Part shown: one piece after another, positions 1-8,506 of the stretch | Layout: each line of letters opens with the position of its first letter | Position numbering within the stretch: the stretch's first letter is position 1 | Assembly (NCBI GenBank): GCA_964447415.1 | Contig: CAYUSN010000003.1 | Span: 5,418 to 69,417 of the forward strand | From: an uncultured Candidatus Saccharibacteria bacterium | Lineage (GTDB): Bacteria; Patescibacteriota; Minisyncoccia; Phycocordibacterales; EsbW-18 | DNA length: 64,000 nt | Direction of reading: 5' to 3' | Made by a program: the position numbers and the translations under genes | Notes under the pieces: model-generated | The model's database searches: none | Told to the model about the DNA's origin: nothing | What the model saw: the letters and a program-made list of their open reading frames with translations, nothing else

Positions 1-30
1 CAAATCTAGCCCCAAACGGGGAAAGATGAG
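1..30 (+). ncRNA. 3' end of a SAM-I (S-box) riboswitch aptamer, truncated by the window edge
   Basis: CAAATCTAGC, short P4-like hairpin CCCAAACGGG, then GAAAGATGAG as in the SAM-I J3/4-P4-P1' consensus; lies upstream of metK and is followed by a terminator. Confidence 0.7.
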
Positions 31-40
31 GTCGATGCAT

Positions 41-70
41 CCTTTCCTGCGCGGAAAGGTCTTTTTTATT
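41..70 (+). terminator. Intrinsic terminator, riboswitch expression platform
   Basis: CCTTTCC-tgcgc-GGAAAGG followed by TCTTTTTTATT, before the metK start. Confidence 0.75.
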
Positions 71-87
71 TCTTATTTCAAACACAT

Positions 88-1068
88 ATGATTCATACAG
101 CAGAATCAGTTACCCTCGCACATCCCGACAAAGTGTGCGACCAGATATCAGACGCCATCTTAGATGCATGTCTTGCACAGGACCCGTATGCGCGCGTGGC
201 GGTGGAAACCGTCGGCGGGCACGGACTCATTACCATCACGGGGGAGGTGACGACCTCAGCTTCCGTGGACTTCAGAAAAATTGCGGGTGAGGTATACCGC
301 GACTGCGGATACACGACCCCTGTGGGCATCACGGTCAACATCGTGTCGCAAAGCCCTGAGATTGCGCACGGCGTAGACCGAGCAGGAGCAGGGGATCAGG
401 GCATCATGGTGGGCTACGCAACCGATGAAACCCCTGAGCTTATGCCGCTTCCTGTGGTGCTCTCCCGCGCACTTACCCGTGCGATGGGCAGACACGACGG
501 CAAATCGCAGGTGACCGTTGAAAACGGGCGCGTGACACGCGTGCTCACGTCTTTGTGTGAAAGCGGGGATATGAGCGATGTGGCGCTTGAAGAAGCGGTG
601 GCACGCGAGATTGTGCCGCGCTTGGCAGACGGACTCTCACTGCAAGAGGCGTGGATGCGCAATCCCAACGGTTCGTGGAGTATCGGCGGATTTGATGCGG
701 ACACAGGACTCACGGGGCGCAAAATTGCGGTTGATACATACGGACCGACCATTCCCGTGGGAGGCGGTGCGTTTTCGGGAAAGGACGCGACGAAAGTGGA
801 TCGGAGCGCCGCGTACATGGCGCGCAAAATCGCGTGCGGGTATCTGCGCGCGCGAGGTGCGCGGGAAGTGTTTGTGCACCTTGCGTATGCAATCGGTGTC
901 GCAGAGCCCGTGATGGCGGTGGCAACCGTTGACGGCGTGCAGGAGAAAATCGTCGGATACGACCTCACACCGCGCGGCATCATTGAGGCGCTGGACTTGC
1001 GTCGCCCACAATTCCGCGAGACGGCAAAGTACGGCCACTTCGGCAACGGCTTTCTGTGGGATAGGTGA
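88..1068 (+). CDS. metK: S-adenosylmethionine synthetase (short form)
   Basis: AESVT-x-HPDKVCDQISD, GAGDQG, GLTGRKI, GGGAFSGKD motifs. Confidence 0.97.
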   Translation: MIHTAESVTLAHPDKVCDQISDAILDACLAQDPYARVAVETVGGHGLITITGEVTTSASVDFRKIAGEVYRDCGYTTPVGITVNIVSQSPEIAHGVDRAGAGDQGIMVGYATDETPELMPLPVVLSRALTRAMGRHDGKSQVTVENGRVTRVLTSLCESGDMSDVALEEAVAREIVPRLADGLSLQEAWMRNPNGSWSIGGFDADTGLTGRKIAVDTYGPTIPVGGGAFSGKDATKVDRSAAYMARKIACGYLRARGAREVFVHLAYAIGVAEPVMAVATVDGVQEKIVGYDLTPRGIIEALDLRRPQFRETAKYGHFGNGFLWDR

Positions 1069-1080
1069 TAAAATAGGAGA

Positions 1081-1539
1081 ATGTCTGAAAAATACTGGCG
1101 AGAAGAGGACAAAAAAGCGCTCCATGCAGCCCGTTCATACGGCGAGCTTTTTGAGGTTGCACGATGTGTTATGGAGCGAATGCCACGTCCTCGCGGACAG
1201 ATGTGTGGCCCGATTTCAACAGGCGGGGCAGGATCGATTGAAGCAAACCTAAAACGTTTTGAAATCGCATACGAGCACGCCTTGAAGCATGGGGTGGAGA
1301 TTTTTGACCAAACACCTTTTGAGCGGCACATTCACCGCATCCAAGAAAACAGCGATGAAGCAAACACATACTCCATGGGTATTCTTGAAGAGTTCTACCT
1401 TCCTATATTTGAAAACAGGCTCGTGGACAAACTTTTTTTCTTGCCCGATTGGCAGACATCACGAGGTGCTTCCTGGGAACACGAGCAGGTGAAGCGTCTG
1501 GGTCTTGAAATCGTCTACCTGCCTGAGGATATGTTCTAG
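1081..1539 (+). CDS. DUF4406 / nucleoside 2-deoxyribosyltransferase-like protein
   Basis: CGPIST near the N-terminus and FLPDWQTSRGASWE near the C-terminus. Confidence 0.6.
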   Translation: MSEKYWREEDKKALHAARSYGELFEVARCVMERMPRPRGQMCGPISTGGAGSIEANLKRFEIAYEHALKHGVEIFDQTPFERHIHRIQENSDEANTYSMGILEEFYLPIFENRLVDKLFFLPDWQTSRGASWEHEQVKRLGLEIVYLPEDMF

Positions 1540-1554
1540 TGATAAAATGAGAGC

Positions 1555-1941
1555 ATGAAAACCATACTCGTTGATGCGGTATACGTGTTTGTAGATAAAG
1601 AGGGGAATATTGATGCGGGGCTCCACAAGCTTTTAGAGACATACCCGAACCGAAAAATTCTGCTCACCGGCGCTGATGATGTGCAGTTCAAAACATGGAA
1701 ACTCGACACAATGCCGTATGAAGTATTCACGCTCAAACATAACACTGAAAAATCAGACCCCGCGTACTATCAAAAGATGCTGGAATATTTCGGTCTCTCC
1801 GCAAACGATGTAGTGTATTTCGAGCACAGCCCCGACGCAGTCAAAAGCGCCGAATCTGTCGGCATTACCACATTTCTCTTCGATCACGAGACGCGGGATA
1901 TGAGCGCTCTCAAAAATTTCTTGGATACGAATTTGGGGTAA
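1555..1941 (+). CDS. HAD-superfamily hydrolase-like protein with divergent motifs
   Basis: KTILVDA motif I-like, KSDP, and VVYFEH...AESVGI motif IV-like. Confidence 0.65.
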   Translation: MKTILVDAVYVFVDKEGNIDAGLHKLLETYPNRKILLTGADDVQFKTWKLDTMPYEVFTLKHNTEKSDPAYYQKMLEYFGLSANDVVYFEHSPDAVKSAESVGITTFLFDHETRDMSALKNFLDTNLG

Positions 1942-1950
1942 GATGAACAC

Positions 1951-2484
1951 ATGCGTTATTTTATCGGTTTTCTTATTGAGGGAGAGGCAGGCACGTGGCA
2001 TGAGGCGCTCACCCGCGACATATCCGAGCGCTTCGGCACCCGCAAACTCCACGAGCGCGTGGTCCCGCACATAACTCTCTATAGGCCGTTTGATGCCGAT
2101 GACATCGCGCCTGTTAAAACCCTGCTTCAGTCATGGACAAAGCAGGAGCATGCCCCCGGAACAATTACGCTCTCCGGATTCGGTCACTTCACCGACCGCG
2201 TTGTGTATGCGTCTGTCACACTCGAAGCAAAAGCACAGCAGAACATTCTTGCTCTGCGCAGGGAAATTATGACCCTTCTTCCCAAAGAGGACTTTCCGAA
2301 CTGGGTACCGCACGCAACACTTGCCGATGAGTATGAGACACCGGAGATCATCACCGAAGTATGGGAATATGTGCAAACACTTCCAAAACCTGAATTTACC
2401 GTTCCGTTTAATAACGTCACGCTCTTTCGCAACAGAGCAGGCGGAGGTTGGGATGTAGATGAAATTTTTCAAATTTTGCACTAA
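1951..2484 (+). CDS. 2H phosphoesterase (2'-5' RNA ligase family)
   Basis: Two HxT motifs: PHITL and PHATL. Confidence 0.85.
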   Translation: MRYFIGFLIEGEAGTWHEALTRDISERFGTRKLHERVVPHITLYRPFDADDIAPVKTLLQSWTKQEHAPGTITLSGFGHFTDRVVYASVTLEAKAQQNILALRREIMTLLPKEDFPNWVPHATLADEYETPEIITEVWEYVQTLPKPEFTVPFNNVTLFRNRAGGGWDVDEIFQILH

Positions 2485-2498
2485 CACATTCAACATTT

Positions 2499-2747
2499 AT
2501 GACCACGAGGATTTCAGGAGGTACCGTGCACACACTGCCCGCTGATTTCAAAAAGATGCTTCTTGCGCATCCGAAACTGCACATACTGTGGGAAGACATC
2601 ACGCCCTTGGCGCGCAATGAGTGGATTTGCTGGGTGACATCGGGCAAAAAAGAGGAGACACGGCGCATCCGTATTGAAAAGGCGCGCTCAAAGCTCGCTT
2701 CCGGCATACGCCGCCCGTGTTGCTGGGCAGGGTGTACGCATCGGTAA
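2499..2747 (+). CDS. YdeI/OmpD-associated family protein
   Basis: LPADF...TPLARNEWICWV...KKEETRRIRIEK pattern. Confidence 0.75.
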   Translation: MTTRISGGTVHTLPADFKKMLLAHPKLHILWEDITPLARNEWICWVTSGKKEETRRIRIEKARSKLASGIRRPCCWAGCTHR

Positions 2748-2763
2748 TGGTATACTTGAACCC

Positions 2764-3351
2764 ATGGACACAGTTAGTAGAGGACCGGAACAAAAAAAGA
2801 ACCGTACGTTTCTCATTCTCGTGCTTTTTTGGGTGATGTATCTTGCACTGATAAGCCCCCTCGTTCTTGGTAAGCTTGACTATCTTTCATCCGGAAAATT
2901 ATTCCAGTTTGAGGAAACAATTACCGCAGGTCGCGGAGGCACAGCATCTTCTGCTGAAGAAGCGCTGCAATATGCAATCCAAGAGCAGCAAAACAGCATG
3001 CTTTTTTCTCAAAAATATGGATTCTGTGACTCTTTTCTTGAAAGAACCCGACCACTTAATTCGTGTAAGTATGACTGTAAGAACTTCACGATTAGCAAAT
3101 CAGATCCTTCAAACAGCTACTACATGGTAGATTATGAGTGCCAACACACGGTTGTGTTTGACGAGTACCGATATACCCTCTTGTGGGCGACAGTCTTACC
3201 GATACTGATGACGCTGCTTTTCCTTCTGCTTAAAAAAAGAGGTGACCCTCATCTCGTACCAAAAATCATCGCGTTTATCCTCTTCTTTTTGTTTCTTGCA
3301 ATACTGGTTGGTTTCTATTTGGGTGCCTACAAACTATACATTGGCTTCTAA
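2764..3351 (+). CDS. Hypothetical membrane protein with a Cys-containing extracellular loop
   Basis: About three hydrophobic helices; ATG 2764 preferred over the longer overlapping start. Confidence 0.65.
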   Translation: MDTVSRGPEQKKNRTFLILVLFWVMYLALISPLVLGKLDYLSSGKLFQFEETITAGRGGTASSAEEALQYAIQEQQNSMLFSQKYGFCDSFLERTRPLNSCKYDCKNFTISKSDPSNSYYMVDYECQHTVVFDEYRYTLLWATVLPILMTLLFLLLKKRGDPHLVPKIIAFILFFLFLAILVGFYLGAYKLYIGF

Positions 3352-3384
3352 CATCAATAAAGGTCTTAAAAAAATTCACCAAAC

Positions 3385-3786
3385 ATGAAACCAAATCCTG
3401 TCGTACATTTTGAATTACCCGCAGACAATCGCGAGCGCATGCGCGCCTTTTATGAAAAAACATTCGGCTGGCAGACGCAACAGTTAGGACCTGAGATGGA
3501 GGATTACGTTGTTGTCACGACGACTGAAACGGATGAAAACCGAATGGTAAAAACTCCCGGCACCATCAACGGCGGTTTTTACCAAAGAGACGCGGCGCAG
3601 GGAGCGGTACATCCGTCCGTTGTTATCTCCGTTGCAAACATTACCGAGAGCATGGAACTTGTGAAGAAAAACGGCGGCACCGTCTTAGGTGAACCGATGC
3701 CGATTCCCGGAGTAGGCACGTTTGTATCGTTTACCGACACCGAGAGCAACCGCCTGAGCATCCTCCAACCCAACGAGGGGATGTAG
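3385..3786 (+). CDS. VOC/glyoxalase family protein
   Basis: VVHFEL...FYEKTFGW, INGG, FTDTESN. Confidence 0.9.
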   Translation: MKPNPVVHFELPADNRERMRAFYEKTFGWQTQQLGPEMEDYVVVTTTETDENRMVKTPGTINGGFYQRDAAQGAVHPSVVISVANITESMELVKKNGGTVLGEPMPIPGVGTFVSFTDTESNRLSILQPNEGM

Positions 3787-3812
3787 TGCAAAAAATGCTA
3801 TAGTGACACCAT

Positions 3813-4562
3813 ATGGGTTTTGAATCAGGCCTTGGGTTCGGTCTTCGGCACGAATTACGGCCCCAACTTCGGCTCGAACAAAAACAAGCACTCAAACACC
3901 TGCTTGAGCTACGCCTTACCCTCAGGCATGAAGGTTTTTTTAAAGATGCCGTCCAAGGCATCGAAGGTATGCGAGTTGCCGACGGCATCCTAACCGATCA
4001 AGGATTGCGCGGACTCCTTATTGGGGGTCTCGCAGAAGCTGTTTGGAACCCTCGTCATACACAAAAAGATTTTGACACCCACAAAGATGTTGATGTACTC
4101 GTGGCCGAGTCTCCCGATGTCGGAAAAATCAATCGGCTTCAAGGAGGTGTTGACTGGTGGCTACCACAGGAAGAGTATATGAAAATATACCATCGAGGTG
4201 TTGATTCGACAGAGGAAGGAGTGCGGTGCTTTTGGGAAAATGCATATGGGGTGCGTTTGGCATTCGGTGTGCATAATGACTACTTTAATGATTTTGCGCC
4301 CGGCCTTTATTTGCCAGACCCAAGTTTTGTAATCGGTATGCGGAAAGCGGAGGTGTTCGCAAAAATTAGTACCGAAAAGGTCTCTATTGATTATGATGTA
4401 GAAGAAGCGTTCACAGAAAAACTGGAGAAATCGATTAAGTATGATCGCGCACCGGTCGTCAAAAAAGTGAAGAGTTGGGATGAAGACACGCTTGTGACGG
4501 TAAATGCACTTGACGATTTTGGTCACGAAACGTATGTGGCAATCAATAGTGTTGGAAGATAA
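3813..4562 (+). CDS. Hypothetical protein, possible nucleotidyltransferase fold
   Basis: LIGGLA...KDVDVLV motif; Leu/Gln-rich N-terminus. Confidence 0.55.
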   Translation: MGFESGLGFGLRHELRPQLRLEQKQALKHLLELRLTLRHEGFFKDAVQGIEGMRVADGILTDQGLRGLLIGGLAEAVWNPRHTQKDFDTHKDVDVLVAESPDVGKINRLQGGVDWWLPQEEYMKIYHRGVDSTEEGVRCFWENAYGVRLAFGVHNDYFNDFAPGLYLPDPSFVIGMRKAEVFAKISTEKVSIDYDVEEAFTEKLEKSIKYDRAPVVKKVKSWDEDTLVTVNALDDFGHETYVAINSVGR

Positions 4563-4576
4563 AAAGAATCCCCCGT

Positions 4577-5335
4577 ATGAATCATGACATCGCTTTCAAC
4601 GCCGGTGAATACGACGCGCATGCACAGGAGTGGGAAGAATCACTCAAAACAAACATTGCGCACAAGTACATGGAAAAACCCGCCATGGAGGCACTGCTTC
4701 CGGCAGACCTCACCGGTATGTCGGTGCTGTGTATCGGCGTGGGAAGCGGAGAAGAGTTAGAGGAAATACAAAAGAGAGGAGCGGGGAAGATTGTCGGCAT
4801 CGATATTTCGGAGCAATTGCTCGCATCCGCCCGTACGAAATTTCCTCAGGCGGAGTTTTTCATGTTAGACATGATGAATGTCGGCATATCATTTGAAAAA
4901 GAATCGTTTGATATTGTGTATTCAAGTTTGGCATTTCACTACTCTCCCGACTGGGACACCCTGCTTTCGGGCATCCATGCCGTGTTGAAGCCGCAAGGAA
5001 TGCTTGTGTTTTCGACACACCACCCGACGTACTGGGGAACAAAGGAGACGGACGGAACATTTGCTGAAAACGCCCGCGGAGTAAAGCTCACCAAACACAC
5101 GGCGATGCTGGGAAACATCAGGATTTTGTACTACAACCACCCGAATGAAGAATCCATCATTGAAAGCGTGCGGTATGCCGGCTTTAAAAACATTTCGTAT
5201 CACGTTCCGAAAGTCGTTGATATTTCCGAGGACCACAGAAGAAACATGGGCGCCGACGAACTGCAAAAATACGAAACGTTGAAAGAAAAAAGTATTGCGC
5301 GGAACCTTTTTCTTGTTGTCCGCGCGGAGAAATAA
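4577..5335 (+). CDS. Class I SAM-dependent methyltransferase
   Basis: VLCIGVGSG, GIDIS, FDIVYSSLAFH, LKPQG. Confidence 0.9.
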   Translation: MNHDIAFNAGEYDAHAQEWEESLKTNIAHKYMEKPAMEALLPADLTGMSVLCIGVGSGEELEEIQKRGAGKIVGIDISEQLLASARTKFPQAEFFMLDMMNVGISFEKESFDIVYSSLAFHYSPDWDTLLSGIHAVLKPQGMLVFSTHHPTYWGTKETDGTFAENARGVKLTKHTAMLGNIRILYYNHPNEESIIESVRYAGFKNISYHVPKVVDISEDHRRNMGADELQKYETLKEKSIARNLFLVVRAEK

Positions 5336-5355
5336 TTTATACTAATTGTCTTCGT

Positions 5356-5397
5356 GACACGATTTTACTACATCAGTCTCACGACACGATTTTACTA
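5356..5397. repeat. 15-bp direct repeat, 2 copies
   Basis: GACACGATTTTACTA at 5356-5370 and 5383-5397. Confidence 0.85.
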
Positions 5398-5403
5398 AAT
5401 CGC

Positions 5404-5988
5404 ATGAAACAGGTCATCATCGTCCACGGGTGGGAGGGAAATCCGAATGAACCCGCACTGCAGTGGCTCAAAGGAAAATTGGAGGAAAAGGGTGTGTCGG
5501 TCACTGTGCCGGCAATGCCTGATCCAAGTGCGCCAAAAATCGAACCGTGGGTGGCAAAACTTGCGGAAGTATCTGTGTGTGGCCCCAACACTGTATTTGT
5601 CGGTCACAGCGTCGGTTGTCAGGCGGTGCTGCGCTTCCTGCAGACACTTTCGGAAGAACCGCAGGCGGCGGGTATTGTGTTATTGGCACCGTGGATGGAA
5701 TTGGATATGGAAACCATCAAAGAGGAGGGTCCCGAATCAGAAGCAATCGCGCGTCCGTGGGTGGAAACACCGATTGATTTTGCAAGAATCAAAAAACAGG
5801 TGGGGAAGACGGTTGCCATTTTTTCCGATGACGACGTCTTCGTTCCGTTGACGCAAAAAGACTTGTTTGAGAAAGCGTTAAACGCAGACACCGTCGTTGA
5901 ACACGAGCAGGGACACTTCAGTGTGAGCGAGGGGATTGTTGAGATTCCCGCAGTTCTGCGTGCTGTCGAAAAAATTCTCGGAATATAA
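5404..5988 (+). CDS. Alpha/beta hydrolase, RBBP9/YdeN family
   Basis: IVHGW, GHSVG nucleophile elbow, SDDD, GHF. Confidence 0.9.
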   Translation: MKQVIIVHGWEGNPNEPALQWLKGKLEEKGVSVTVPAMPDPSAPKIEPWVAKLAEVSVCGPNTVFVGHSVGCQAVLRFLQTLSEEPQAAGIVLLAPWMELDMETIKEEGPESEAIARPWVETPIDFARIKKQVGKTVAIFSDDDVFVPLTQKDLFEKALNADTVVEHEQGHFSVSEGIVEIPAVLRAVEKILGI

Positions 5989-6023
5989 GTGCTACAAAAG
6001 AGGCGAGAGCGCCCGGAAACTAC

Positions 6024-6051
6024 TTGACTTTTTGTTTATTTCTGCTATAAT
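6024..6051 (+). promoter_or_regulatory. Sigma70-type promoter
   Basis: TTGACT-16 bp-TATAAT with extended -10 TG. Confidence 0.7.
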
Positions 6052-6135
6052 AGCAAAGGATAGTCAAGGAACGCTCTTTGACTCGGGCGACCGCACATTT
6101 TTGCGGTCATCATAGACTAGATAAGGAGAAACCGA

Positions 6136-6459
6136 ATGAAGATTCGCATGCTGGTGGTGTTCGTCCTCGTCCTCGCGTCCTTCGGGACGCCGATGCAGGC
6201 GACGGATGTCGCCACCTCCATCGAGATCCTCCCGCTGGGAGCCGGTCTGGACAGGGTCATGTTGACCCCGGACTACTTCACTCGGGTCGGCGACGTCAGC
6301 TTTTATGGCTTCGTCGAGTACTCGGGTGAAGCCGGCGGATGGTACACCAACCATTCGGCGACGTGGCTCCCGGGTGGTTCCTGGATCGGTCTTCGGGCCG
6401 AGGTTGAGGTTGCCGGCAGCGATCGCACGGTGCGGTTCGGCGCTCGCAAGGTGTTCTAG
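6136..6459 (+). CDS. Small secreted hypothetical protein
   Basis: SD AAGGAG, signal peptide, strong G/C third-position bias. Confidence 0.75.
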   Translation: MKIRMLVVFVLVLASFGTPMQATDVATSIEILPLGAGLDRVMLTPDYFTRVGDVSFYGFVEYSGEAGGWYTNHSATWLPGGSWIGLRAEVEVAGSDRTVRFGARKVF

Positions 6460-6503
6460 TTCTCCCAACCACAACCTTCGAAAGGAGGTTCGAGGAAAAA
6501 ACA

Positions 6504-6547
6504 AGCCGCCGAAAGAGTCGTCACTCTTCTCGGCGGCTCTTTCGTTT
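6504..6547 (+). terminator. Intrinsic terminator
   Basis: AGCCGCCG...CGGCGGCT followed by CTTTCGTTT. Confidence 0.7.
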
Positions 6548-6664
6548 CTAAGTAAATACGCCCGAGACGTGTTGTTAGAAAACACTTGCACGCGCACACA
6601 AGCATCCGTACACTGCTATACGGACGGACGCGCAATTCCGCGCACCTGACGAAGGGAGCACCTC

Positions 6665-6787
6665 ATGCGTAAGGCACGGCAGGGTCGCAACCGCCACTGC
6701 AAGAGGCTGTCGCTGCGGTTCTTTCTCCAGAACCGCTGGCCCAACCACCGGCGGGTGATCCTCGCTCTGCGGTGCAAGTTCGCCTGA
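6665..6787 (+). CDS. Putative 40-aa cationic peptide (too short for the ORF track)
   Basis: SD GAAGGGAG; MRKARQGRNRHCKRLSLRFFLQNRWPNHRRVILALRCKFA; followed by a terminator. Confidence 0.5.
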   Translation: MRKARQGRNRHCKRLSLRFFLQNRWPNHRRVILALRCKFA

Positions 6788-6814
6788 ACGCGAACAAGAA
6801 AGACGTTTTTACAG

Positions 6815-6847
6815 GGGGCGCCACCACGGCGCCCCGCTTGTTTTTTT
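6815..6847 (+). terminator. Intrinsic terminator
   Basis: GGGGCGCC-accac-GGCGCCCC followed by a T-tract. Confidence 0.75.
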
Positions 6848-6873
6848 ACGTTACGACCGTATACTGAAAGAGT

Positions 6874-7063
6874 AGCGATGACGCCGATAACACGGCCGAG
6901 CTTAGGGGAAGAACCTCCGCCCATAACGGAGCAGTAGAACCTCTCGGGTGCGCCCGACACAGCGCGCAATGAAGACAGAAGTGAGGTGGCACCGCGGTCT
7001 CATGATCGCCCTTACACATTCAGCAGACCTGCACGGTTTGGTGGATTGGTAAGGGTGATTTTT
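6874..7063 (+). ncRNA. T-box riboswitch with ultra-short Stem I, Asn (AAC) specifier and terminator
   Basis: Stem I GCCG-ATAACA-CGGC flanked by GA motifs; Stem II GGAAGAAC...CAGTAGAACC; IIA/B CGGGTGCGCCCGACACAGCGC; T-box AGGTGGCACCGCG; terminator TCGCCCTTAC...GTAAGGGTGA-TTTTT. Confidence 0.9.
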
Positions 7064-7090
7064 CGTTTATACTTAACAGTACGTACACAT

Positions 7091-8497
7091 ATGAACAACC
7101 GCATCTACATTAAGGATTTAAGCAGTCACATCGACAGCACTGTTACCATTGCCGGCTGGGTATCCGTACGCCGTGACCACGGCAAGCTTATTTTTATTGA
7201 TGTACGCGACGAAACAGGCAAAGTACAGGTTGTGGTTACGCCGAAAAACGCCGCAGCACTTGCAGTAGCAAACACACTGCGCTCCGAGTGGGTGGTAACA
7301 CTGCAGGGGGAAGTGAAAGCGCGTCCTGAAAATCTCGTGAACGCAAACGAGCCCAACGGTTCCATTGAATTTGGCGCAACGGCAATTACCGTGCTCTCAC
7401 AGGCAGTGACACCTCCGTTTGATCCGACACAAGACACTTTGGGCACAAACGAAGAAACACGACTGCAGTACCGCTACGTAGACCTCCGCTCCGCGCGCAT
7501 GCAGAAAAACATCCGCATCAGATCGGAGTGGGTGCAGAAATGCCGCGAATTTTTATTTGCAAAAGGATTCACCGAAATTGAAACGCCGCTGCTCACACAA
7601 TCTACTCCCGAGGGGTCGCGCGACTTTTTGGTGCCGTCACGACACGCGCCGGGCAACTTCTACGCGCTTCCGCAGTCACCGCAACAGTACAAACAGCTTT
7701 TGATGACGTCGGGGTTTGAAAAATATTTCCAGATTGCGCGATGCGTCCGCGATGAAGACCTGCGCGCCGACCGCGGGTACGAACACACCCAGCTCGACTT
7801 GGAAATGGCGTTTGTGACGCGTGACGAGGTGATGGACCTCGTTGAGGAGATGATTACCACGGTCGTGGAGCACTTCGGAAAAGAAATCAAACATAAACCG
7901 TTTCCGCGCATCACCTATACGGAGGCGATGAAAACATACGGCGCCGACAAATTTGATATGCGCACACCCGAAGAAAAAGAGAAGGGGGTTTTGGCATACG
8001 CATGGGTCACCGACTTTCCGTTTTTTGAAAAAGGAGACGACGGCAAGTGGACGTTTTCACACAACCCGTTTTCAATGCCGAAAGAAGAGCATTTGGAATG
8101 GCACATGAAAGGGGAGCACATTGAAGACATCGTCACCCAGCAGTACGACCTGGTTTGCAACGGGTTTGAAACAGGCGGCGGTTCCATCCGCGCGCACCGA
8201 CCTGAAATCCTTGAAGCAACGTACAAAATCATGGGATACACGTCCGAGGAAATACAAGACAGCGTGGGTCACATGCTTGAAGCGTTTTCACACGGCGCCC
8301 CTCCGCACGGCGGTATCGGCATGGGCATTGAGCGCGGGGTCATGATTGTCACCGGTGAGGCATACCTACGCGAGGTGCAGGCATTCCCGATGACCGGAAA
8401 AGGAAAGACCGCAGTCATGCACGCGCCGGGACCCGTCACACCGACCGTTTTACGCGAACTCGGACTCTCGGTCCTCAAAAAGGACGAGAAGAAATAA
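7091..8497 (+). CDS. aspS: Aspartate--tRNA ligase, probably non-discriminating Asp/Asn, short form
   Basis: OB fold with RRDHG, YALPQSPQ, RDEDLRADR, PPHGGIGMGIER; ATG 7091 (the longer ORF extends into the T-box). Confidence 0.95.
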   Translation: MNNRIYIKDLSSHIDSTVTIAGWVSVRRDHGKLIFIDVRDETGKVQVVVTPKNAAALAVANTLRSEWVVTLQGEVKARPENLVNANEPNGSIEFGATAITVLSQAVTPPFDPTQDTLGTNEETRLQYRYVDLRSARMQKNIRIRSEWVQKCREFLFAKGFTEIETPLLTQSTPEGSRDFLVPSRHAPGNFYALPQSPQQYKQLLMTSGFEKYFQIARCVRDEDLRADRGYEHTQLDLEMAFVTRDEVMDLVEEMITTVVEHFGKEIKHKPFPRITYTEAMKTYGADKFDMRTPEEKEKGVLAYAWVTDFPFFEKGDDGKWTFSHNPFSMPKEEHLEWHMKGEHIEDIVTQQYDLVCNGFETGGGSIRAHRPEILEATYKIMGYTSEEIQDSVGHMLEAFSHGAPPHGGIGMGIERGVMIVTGEAYLREVQAFPMTGKGKTAVMHAPGPVTPTVLRELGLSVLKKDEKK

Positions 8498-8506
8498 CCT
8501 CCTGCC

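Noticed and set aside
1081-6787. Integron cassette array
   Set aside because: No attC-like repeated palindromes and no intI; genes are separated by only a few bases
6986-7090. N-terminal extension of AspRS from the ORF track
   Set aside because: This stretch is the T-box antiterminator/terminator; homology starts at ATG 7091
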